DNA of 64,000 bases from Syntrophales bacterium. Its GTDB lineage: Bacteria > Desulfobacterota > Syntrophia > Syntrophales > PHBD01. This document shows positions 39,214-46,839 of this stretch, piece after piece. The stretch lies in the NCBI GenBank assembly GCA_963668175.1, contig OY764159.1, forward strand, positions 3,520,001 to 3,584,000, written 5' to 3'. Position numbers and translations under genes: made by a program. The notes under the pieces were generated by a model. It was not told the origin of the DNA, made no database searches, and saw only the letters and a program-made list of their open reading frames with translations. Each line of letters starts with the position of its first letter. Position 1 is the first letter of the stretch.

Positions 39214-40668
39214 ATGGCACTCAAGACGCCTGAAGAGTACGAAGCAAGTCTGCGTAAAATGAACATGAAGATATACCTGATGGGCGAGCGGGTGAAGGAC
39301 CCGGTGGACCATCCCATCATCCGGCCTTCGATGAACTCCGTGAAGAAGACCTACGAGCTGGCCCTGGACCCGTCCTGCGAGGACCTGATGACGGCGACGT
39401 CGTCGCTGACGGGGAAGAAGATCAACCGCTTCTGCCATCTCCACCAGAACACGGACGACCTGATCAGGAAGGTGAAGATGCAGCGTCTGCTGGGCCAGCA
39501 GACGGCGGCGTGCTTCCAGCGGTGCGTCGGCATGGACGCGATCAACGCCGTGGACTCGACGACCTTCGAAATGGACCAGAAGCTGGGGACGGAATACCAC
39601 AAGCGCTTCCGGAACTTTCTCCTCAGGATGCAGGAGGAGGATTGGACGGTGGACGGCGCCATGACGGACGTGAAGGGCGACCGCGGTCTGGCTCCGCACC
39701 AGCAGGCGGACCCGGACCTCTTTGTCCGGGTGGTGGAGAAGAACGACAGGGGGATCGTGGTGCGCGGGGCGAAGGCGCACCAGACGGGTGCGGTGAACTC
39801 GCACTGGGTTCTCGTGATGCCGACGATCGCCATGGGGAAGGACGATGCGGACTATGCGGTGGCGTTCGTCGCCCCGGCGGACGCGGAGGGCATCTTCTAC
39901 ATCTACGGGCGGCAGTCCTGCGATACGCGGAAGCTGGAAGGCGGGACGATCGACGTGGGCAACGCGACCTACGGGGGCCACGAGGCGCTGATCGTCTTCG
40001 AGGACGTGTTCGTTCCGTGGGAGAACGTCCTCATGTGCGGGGAGTGGCAGTACAGCGGGCTGCTGGTGGAGCGGTTCGCCGGTTATCACCGTCAGAGCTA
40101 CGGGGGCTGCAAGGTCGGCGTGGGCGACGTTTTGATCGGGGCGGCGGCGGTTGCGGCGGACTACAACGGAGCGGCGAAGGCCTCGCATGTGAAGGACAAG
40201 CTGATCGAGATGATGCACCTGAACGAGACGCTGTATTCTTGCGGGATTGCGTGTTCGTCGCAGGGGAGCAGGACGGCGTCGGGGACGTACCTGATCGACC
40301 TGTTGCTTGCGAATGTCTGCAAGCAGAACGTGACGCGCTACCCGTACGAGATTGCGCGGCTGGCCCAGGACATTGCGGGTGGCCTCATGGTGACGATGGC
40401 TTCGGAGAAGGATCTGAAGCACCCGGAGATCGGGAAGGTGCTGGAGAAGTACATGAAGGGCAATGCGAGCGTGCCGGTGGAGAACCGTTGCCGGATGATG
40501 CGCCTGGTGGAGAACCTGACGCTGGGAACGGCGGCGGTAGGCTATCTGACGGAATCGATGCACGGGGCGGGTTCGCCCCAGGCGCAGCGGATCATGATCG
40601 CCCGCCAGGGCAACCTGGAACACAAGAAGAAGCTCGCCGAGAAGATCGCCGGCGTAGCCGATAGATAA
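39214..40668 (+). CDS. abfD: 4-hydroxybutyryl-CoA dehydratase
   Basis: CFQRCVG, KAHQTG, GHEALIVF, YHRQSYGGCK, TESMHGAGSPQAQR; GGAGG RBS. Confidence 0.9.
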   Translation: MALKTPEEYEASLRKMNMKIYLMGERVKDPVDHPIIRPSMNSVKKTYELALDPSCEDLMTATSSLTGKKINRFCHLHQNTDDLIRKVKMQRLLGQQTAACFQRCVGMDAINAVDSTTFEMDQKLGTEYHKRFRNFLLRMQEEDWTVDGAMTDVKGDRGLAPHQQADPDLFVRVVEKNDRGIVVRGAKAHQTGAVNSHWVLVMPTIAMGKDDADYAVAFVAPADAEGIFYIYGRQSCDTRKLEGGTIDVGNATYGGHEALIVFEDVFVPWENVLMCGEWQYSGLLVERFAGYHRQSYGGCKVGVGDVLIGAAAVAADYNGAAKASHVKDKLIEMMHLNETLYSCGIACSSQGSRTASGTYLIDLLLANVCKQNVTRYPYEIARLAQDIAGGLMVTMASEKDLKHPEIGKVLEKYMKGNASVPVENRCRMMRLVENLTLGTAAVGYLTESMHGAGSPQAQRIMIARQGNLEHKKKLAEKIAGVADR

Positions 40669-40690
40669 AGCGTTAAAGGAGAAGTAAGTT

Positions 40691-41986
40691 ATGGAAAAGA
40701 CGAAATCTGGGGCTCTTTCCGACGTCACGGTACTCGATTTTTCGTGGGTTCTGGCGGGTCCGCACGCGACGAAAACGCTGGCCGACATGGGTGCCAACGT
40801 CATCAAGGTCGAACGCTACGAAGCCGGCGCCAATGAGCGATGGCAGAATCTCCGCGTGGAGAAGGACGGCGTCATACAGAGTTCCTATCATATCAACGTC
40901 AACCGAGGAAAAAAGAGCATCTGTATAGATCTCAAGAATCCCCGCGGTTTCAAGATCGTCCAGGAACTCATTAAGAAGAGCGATCTTTTGATTGAAAACT
41001 TCGCCCCCGGCGTCATGGAGCGGCTGAAGCTGGATTATGCATCGGTGAAGAAGATCAAGCCGGACATCATTTATTGCTCCATTTCGTGCTTCGGGCACTG
41101 GGGACCGTTCAGCAGCAAGCCCGGTTACGACATCATCGCCCAGGCGGCCAGCGGCTGGGTGGGACGGAGTACGCCGCCCATCATGGCTGCCGTCTCCATC
41201 GGCGACACCACCGCGGCCATGCATGCCTGTACGGCTATGCTGGCGGCCCTGCATCACAAGATCGTAACGGGCGAGGGTCAGAACATCGACATCTCCATGG
41301 TGGACTGCCTGTATTCCCTCCACGAACATGCGCTTCCCTGGTACTGGGCGAGCGAAACCGCCGGGGAGCCGGTCTTGATGGCTAAAACCGGTCAAACGAT
41401 CGTATCTTCCGCTCCGTACGGGATTTATAACGGCAAAAACGGTCATATCGCCGTCGCCAGCATGTCGGAAAACCGCTGGCTGCCGCTGATCGACTTAATG
41501 GGGCCGGATGCGGCCTGGATCAAGGATGACCCGAGGTTCAAGGACGTTCCGACACGCAGCCTTCCGGAAAATACCGCCATCATCCACGAGGTCGTCGATA
41601 AATGGGTTATGTCACAGGACTCGGTGGAAGAGGCCGAACGCAAGCTTGATGCCGCCGGTATCCCCTGTTCCCGTGTGAAGGAGCTGAAGGAACTGGCCAC
41701 CGACGATCCCCATATTAATGCCCGCGAGATGAGCCCCAGGGTCTTTCAGCCTTTCCTCGGCCGCATGAGGATGTTCGGCAGCCCCCTGAAATTCTCCGAG
41801 ACGCCCTCAGAGGTCAGGGGATACGCCCCGTTCCTGGGAGAGCATAACAAAGAGATCCTTTCGCTGTACCTCCGTTATTCGCCGGAGGAGATAGAGTCTC
41901 TTTATAAGGAGAAAATTCTCTATGAAGCGCCGGAAGTGAAACGCCTTCCAGGGGAATTGAAAAAGAACGCAGAGCGGAAAGGATAA
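40691..41986 (+). CDS. Class III CoA-transferase (CaiB/BaiF family), paralogue of 12601-13869
   Basis: VLAGPHATKTLADMGANVIKVE, NRGKKSI, SIGD, APFLGEH. Confidence 0.92.
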   Translation: MEKTKSGALSDVTVLDFSWVLAGPHATKTLADMGANVIKVERYEAGANERWQNLRVEKDGVIQSSYHINVNRGKKSICIDLKNPRGFKIVQELIKKSDLLIENFAPGVMERLKLDYASVKKIKPDIIYCSISCFGHWGPFSSKPGYDIIAQAASGWVGRSTPPIMAAVSIGDTTAAMHACTAMLAALHHKIVTGEGQNIDISMVDCLYSLHEHALPWYWASETAGEPVLMAKTGQTIVSSAPYGIYNGKNGHIAVASMSENRWLPLIDLMGPDAAWIKDDPRFKDVPTRSLPENTAIIHEVVDKWVMSQDSVEEAERKLDAAGIPCSRVKELKELATDDPHINAREMSPRVFQPFLGRMRMFGSPLKFSETPSEVRGYAPFLGEHNKEILSLYLRYSPEEIESLYKEKILYEAPEVKRLPGELKKNAERKG

Positions 41987-42303
41987 TCGATTGCGGGATC
42001 CTGAAATATTTCGAAGCGTCGCCCATTGCCTGTCCTGTCCGTCACGCCTGTTGTCAGGAATCATGCAACGGCATTGTCCGCAATGCACCCCCGAACATGA
42101 CCGGGCAGGCGCGTGGCGGACAGGACATCTGCAGTATTGACAACGGGTCATGGACGCGCTTTTTGCGGTTGTTTCGAAGCCGCGTTCGGAAAACGACTCT
42201 TGAAGACTTTATCGGCGGTTCGCATCGCGAAGATGCCCGACGCATCCGAATGAACGGAAAATCCTGTGGAAATGGTTAATCAGAAAGGGAAGGAGTACTT
42301 CAT

Positions 42304-43107
42304 ATGTTCGATCTCTCAAAATTCTCCTTGAAGGGAAAAGTCGCCATCGTAACAGGGGGCGGCCGCGGCATCGGCCAGGCCATCGCTTACGGCTTCGCCA
42401 AGGCAGGCGCAAAAGTGGCCATATCGAGCCGCAAGGTCGAGGATCTCGAAGCAACGGCCCGTGAAATAACGGCCGCAGGCGGGGAGGCATACGTCGTACC
42501 GGCACACCTGGGCAAGCATGAGGAAATCCAGAGGGTCGTTGACGCCGTCCTTTCTAAGTTTGGACGAATCGATATTCTGGTCAACAATGCCGGCGCAAGC
42601 CCCGCGATGAGCTCCGTTCTCGACTCTGATGAGCGCCTCTGGAACGCCATCATGAATCTCAATCTCAAAGCCGTCTATTTCATGAGCCAGGCCGTAAGCA
42701 GGGTGATGAAGAAACAGGGCGGCGGGAAAATCATCAATATCTCTTCCGTCGATGGCGTCAATCCGGAACCCAACCTCAGTATCTACTCCATCTCCAAGGC
42801 AGGCGTCCGTCAGATCACGCGTTCCTTCGCCATGGAACTGGCGCGCGACAACATCCAGGTCAATGCCATCCTTCCCGGTTCCATCACGACCAAGATGATG
42901 GATTCCCACTGGGGACATCTGTCGCCCGACGAGGCAAAGAAGGAAAAAAATAAAGCGGCCTCGGTGCTTGCCATGGGGCGAATCGGCGATCCTGATGAAA
43001 TTGCCGGCGCAGCTATCTACCTGGCTTCTGACGCGTCAAGCTATACAACGGCGGCGGAGCTTCTCGTCGACGGAGGATTGCTTCTGGGCGCTTATTTGTC
43101 CGAATGA
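42304..43107 (+). CDS. SDR oxidoreductase
   Basis: TGGGRGIG, NNAG, NISS, YSISK. Confidence 0.92.
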   Translation: MFDLSKFSLKGKVAIVTGGGRGIGQAIAYGFAKAGAKVAISSRKVEDLEATAREITAAGGEAYVVPAHLGKHEEIQRVVDAVLSKFGRIDILVNNAGASPAMSSVLDSDERLWNAIMNLNLKAVYFMSQAVSRVMKKQGGGKIINISSVDGVNPEPNLSIYSISKAGVRQITRSFAMELARDNIQVNAILPGSITTKMMDSHWGHLSPDEAKKEKNKAASVLAMGRIGDPDEIAGAAIYLASDASSYTTAAELLVDGGLLLGAYLSE

Positions 43108-43347
43108 AGCGACCGGAGAATGAGGCCAAAAGAGAGGGACGGCAGTCATCGTAAAGATGTCTCCATGACGCCGCGCATTGTCGCGATATATCTGACAGAT
43201 ATCGGTTGCCGCTTCTCGATGACCAATTGACCCTAACGACCCCTGTCCCAAAGAAATACCCGGGGCCTGCGATCTTGCTTGCCGGCCCCGGTCATGGAAT
43301 TCAAAAAAGAGCTGCGTATCCGGATCCTTTTGCGATCTTGCGTAAGG

Positions 43348-44040
43348 CTATTGCTGGCCCATAAATCTTGTATCGTAGTCGACTACCTTATGAAGCGGCA
43401 TATTCTCCAAGCTCCGAAGAAGAACCTCTGATGCCTTTTCTACATGGCTTTCCATCAATTTTCGTATTCTATTGAAATTCTTGCTTTTGATGACCTCAAT
43501 CAACTCTTCGTGTTGCTCGACAAAGAGCGGATAATACGGCTCGAAGAGCACGACATACCGGAAGTCGAACGTACGCCAGCGAATGTTCTCCACCAGTGAT
43601 TCCAATTCCTGATTGCCCGACTTGGCCGCCAGCAACCGGTGAAAATCCAGGTTGGATTCCTGCCAAACACGCCTCGCTTGCGCCCTGTCGTTGGCACCTA
43701 TGCACCCGCGCATTTTCATGTTGATGGCCTTCAGGGTCTCCAGATCCTCCGGTGTCAAATGCGGCGCGGCCAGCTCGGCGCTCTTGGCCTCCAGGATCGC
43801 CAGCAATTCGTAGAGATTTTTCGTGTCCTGATAGGATATTTTCGTGACGGTCGCCCCTCTGCCGCGGCTGATGACGACAAAACCGTCGGCATAGAGCATT
43901 TTAAGCGCGTCTCGAACGTAACCGCGGGTGGTATGCAGCCTGTCGCACAGCTCTTTTTCGACGAGGCGTTCCCCCGGATTCAGCTTTCCCGCGAATATTT
44001 CGTCGCGTATTGTTCTGTAGATATCGTCTTTTGAAAACAT
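43348..44040 (-). CDS. GntR family regulator (FCD domain), copy 2
   Basis: Nearly the same protein as 29021-29674; alternative ATG at 44046. Confidence 0.92.
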   Translation of the reverse strand: MFSKDDIYRTIRDEIFAGKLNPGERLVEKELCDRLHTTRGYVRDALKMLYADGFVVISRGRGATVTKISYQDTKNLYELLAILEAKSAELAAPHLTPEDLETLKAINMKMRGCIGANDRAQARRVWQESNLDFHRLLAAKSGNQELESLVENIRWRTFDFRYVVLFEPYYPLFVEQHEELIEVIKSKNFNRIRKLMESHVEKASEVLLRSLENMPLHKVVDYDTRFMGQQ

Positions 44041-44494
44041 GTCCATTCCTTACGGCAGTTTCTTGATACTCCGTTATTTTCCCGTCCGGACCGGCCCTCG
44101 CGCAAAGGCTGGCCATCGGCTGTACAAGGGAGATGCCCTTTGATCGGGAACCTTCGTTGCCGACCGATTCGCATCCCGCCTGGATATCCCCCGAATGTTC
44201 ATAAGATTGTCAGGATCAGGTCGTGACGGCCGGAGCGGAATTTTCGCCCTTTGCCGTTACTTGAAACACGCGTGGAACAGCGGGCGACGCTGATCGTATG
44301 TTTTTCTTTTCTTTGTCGGTCAAATGGCGGACGGAGGCATTCGTCCTGCAAGACGGTTTCTTTCGATGAAACAATCACGTCGGGTCCTTCAATACCGAGG
44401 GGCCCGTCATTGCCCTCCCTTTTTCCATCATGCGCCTCTTGAGGCTGTGCACCCCGTATATGCTTATCCTGTTAAAGAACCTAACATTAGTAAA

Positions 44495-44523
44495 ATTTTA
44501 TTATAACGAGAGCATTTTGTCAA
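44495..44523 (-). promoter_or_regulatory. Sigma70-like promoter facing gntR copy 2
   Basis: Minus-strand TTGACA (44523-44518), 17 nt, TAAAAT (44500-44495). Confidence 0.55.
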
Positions 44524-44605
44524 TAAGCCATGAGAATAGGCACGATCCGAATCCATTCGGTATAGCCGCGGAGCTACAGATATCCCCGTGTTCACCTGCA
44601 GTAGG

Positions 44606-44755
44606 TCACTGTGGCTTATTAGAAGCGGAGGGATGCCATTCTTCCTCCAATCCCCGTAACCCCATGATCGAAGAAGTACTGGTTATAACGCCCCTTCCCT
44701 GATCTTTCATCGCCCCGGTGACCTGCCGGTTCCATACCCATATCCCCCCGGTGCG
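44606..44755 (-). pseudogene. Possible degraded SDR fragment
   Basis: Manual minus-strand translation TGGIWVWNRQVTGAMKDQGRGVITSTSSIMGLRG..PSASNK* resembles the SDR segment MKxQGxGxIINxSS..YxASK. Confidence 0.35.
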
Positions 44756-44812
44756 TTCGGACGGATACTGCCGCGAAATGAAGGAGAATCAACACAAGGA
44801 GGGATTTTTATT

Positions 44813-45817
44813 TCAGGAGAAAAGCGCTGTCAGGATGGCCCAGAGACCGGCGGACAGCGTACCGGCAATAGGGATGGTCAGGATCCAGGCCCAGACGATG
44901 TTCCCGGCCACGCCCCAACGGACGGCCGATATCCTTTTCGTTGATCCGACCCCCATGATGGCTCCGGTAATGGTATGCGTCGTACTCACGGGAATGCCGG
45001 CAAGGGAGGCGCCGATGATCGATATGGCCGCAGCCGTCTCCGCGCAGAAACCGCCCATGGGTTGGAGCTTGGTGATCTTCGTTCCCATCGTTTTGACAAT
45101 CCGCCATCCGCCCGACATGGTGCCCAGGGCGATGACCGTATAGCAGAGAATGACAACCCAGAAGGGAATATGAAAGACCGGCCCCAGATGGCCGCTGCTG
45201 AAAAGAACAAGGGCGATGATGCCCATCGTCTTCTGCGCATCGTTCATTCCATGGCTGATGCTGTAGATGGCGGCGGAAAGCATTTGCAGTTTTTTGAAGA
45301 TGTTGTTCGACCGGGTAACGTTGCTGCGCCTGGACAGATTCAGAATGATGACCATCATCACAATGCCGAGAAACAAACCGACCATGGGCGAAATGACGAT
45401 GAACGCCGATGTCTTGATGACGCCTTTCCAGACGAGAACGTCCGCCCCGCCCTTCATCAGTCCGGCGCCGATAAGGCCGCCGATCAGGGCGTGGGACGAA
45501 CTGCTGGGAAGACCGAACCACCAGGTAATCAGATTCCAGATGATGGCCCCTCCCAGCGCGGCCACCAGCAGTATATTGTCGACGATGGCCGTATTGACGA
45601 TGCCGGTGCCCACCGTCTTGGCGACCTGGACGTCGAACAGGAAGACGGCCACAAAATTGAAAAAGGCCGCCCAGAGAACAGCCTGCCGCGGTTTCAGGAC
45701 CTGGGTCGAGACGATGGTCGCAATGGAGTTGGCGGAATCGTGAAAACCGTTGATGAAATCGAAAATCAAGGCAAGCACGATGATGAAGATGACAATGGCC
45801 AGGGTTGTGCTTATCAT
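44813..45817 (-). CDS. pit: Inorganic phosphate transporter (PiT family)
   Basis: NGFHDSANSIAT, GLPSSSSHAL, HGMNDAQK, GIPVSTTH. Confidence 0.93.
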   Translation of the reverse strand: MISTTLAIVIFIIVLALIFDFINGFHDSANSIATIVSTQVLKPRQAVLWAAFFNFVAVFLFDVQVAKTVGTGIVNTAIVDNILLVAALGGAIIWNLITWWFGLPSSSSHALIGGLIGAGLMKGGADVLVWKGVIKTSAFIVISPMVGLFLGIVMMVIILNLSRRSNVTRSNNIFKKLQMLSAAIYSISHGMNDAQKTMGIIALVLFSSGHLGPVFHIPFWVVILCYTVIALGTMSGGWRIVKTMGTKITKLQPMGGFCAETAAAISIIGASLAGIPVSTTHTITGAIMGVGSTKRISAVRWGVAGNIVWAWILTIPIAGTLSAGLWAILTALFS

Positions 45818-45822
45818 ATGGA

Positions 45823-46554
45823 TTATTCTTCTATTTCGGTTTTATCGGTCTCGGTGTCCGGGGGCAGGTCCCTGGTGATGGACCAGGCATTGAAGATACC
45901 GAAGAGGACACCGGCGACAACGAGGAAGAGCAAAAATGCGGAAAAACTCTTGTAGGCTTCCATTTGCGTCTTGGCCAGGGTTTCCGTGGCCTTCATCCTT
46001 TCATCGGCCTGTGCTTTCATTTTAGCGACGATGGCATCTATCTGCTCCGTAGGCTCCCGGTCTATACCCCGGACGCTCAGATCCACGCGCCGAGCGGTTA
46101 AGGGATCGGAACCGCGGTATTGCTTAAGGGCCTCGCGGTACTCCCTGCCGAGCCTTTCGTGGTTCGTGATCGCCGAAGGAAGCTCCGGGACGGAGAGTCC
46201 CGTCGTCTTCGTCATGGCCGCAAGAGTCTGCAGGGATTCGCCGACCAGCCGGTCTTCTTCATTGAAGGCCCTGAGATGCCGTTCGTAAAAGTCCTTGTCG
46301 TATCCCCGCAGGAGAATGTTCTTCCATTCCTGGACTTGCTTCTTGAAATGGACTTCCGCCAGACGGGCGGTGTCCGTGGCAAGCATCATGGCCTGTCCCT
46401 CCGTGACGCTTCGGTGCAGGCGGTTGTTTGTCTCCGAAATGGCAATGACGCCGTACAAACCGATAACGACGGTCAGAACGGTAAATATACCGACGGTGAT
46501 GACCACCCGTCGCCTGACGGGAATGTCCTGGAAGAATGTATTCGGTTCTTTCAT
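45823..46554 (-). CDS. Two-TM membrane protein with an MCP-type helical sensor domain and no signalling domain
   Basis: TM, then VHFKKQVQEWKNILLRG..VRGIDREPT, then TM and a short acidic tail; start set at MKEPN. Confidence 0.7.
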   Translation of the reverse strand: MKEPNTFFQDIPVRRRVVITVGIFTVLTVVIGLYGVIAISETNNRLHRSVTEGQAMMLATDTARLAEVHFKKQVQEWKNILLRGYDKDFYERHLRAFNEEDRLVGESLQTLAAMTKTTGLSVPELPSAITNHERLGREYREALKQYRGSDPLTARRVDLSVRGIDREPTEQIDAIVAKMKAQADERMKATETLAKTQMEAYKSFSAFLLFLVVAGVLFGIFNAWSITRDLPPDTETDKTEIEE

Positions 46555-46600
46555 AACTCTGAAGCCTCGCTTACCCTTATGTATCTTTTGACAGACGATT

Positions 46601-46640
46601 GTTGCAGAAATGTGACAGTATTGTGAAGATTCTGTTAAAA
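46601..46640 (-). promoter_or_regulatory. Pho-box-like array A
   Basis: Minus strand TTTTAAC-4-TCTTCAC-4-CTGTCAC-4-CTGCAAC (11-bp period), upstream of the sensor-pit unit. Confidence 0.65.
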
Positions 46641-46756
46641 AGAGGACCAATACTCGGCATTGGCAGCAATATCGGATAGATGCATTTCTCACGGACAACG
46701 CCTGCGCATGCCATATCAAATGTCATCCGATTCCGATTGAACCTTGCGATACGGAA

Positions 46757-46812
46757 GATTCATGGAAAATTCACGATACCGTCATCAAATTGCAACCTGG
46801 CTTCGATATCAT
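46757..46812 (+). promoter_or_regulatory. Pho-box-like array B with -10 element
   Basis: GATTCAT-4-AATTCAC-4-CCGTCAT-4-TTGCAAC (46757-46796), then 10 nt and TATCAT (46807-46812). Confidence 0.65.
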
Positions 46813-46839
46813 TGGGCCAAATTCGGGAAAGGAGAAGCA

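Noticed and set aside
43260..43291. CCGGGGCC/GGCCCCGG hairpin between the convergent SDR and gntR genes
   Set aside because: Large loop and no adjacent U-tract on either strand; too weak to call a terminator
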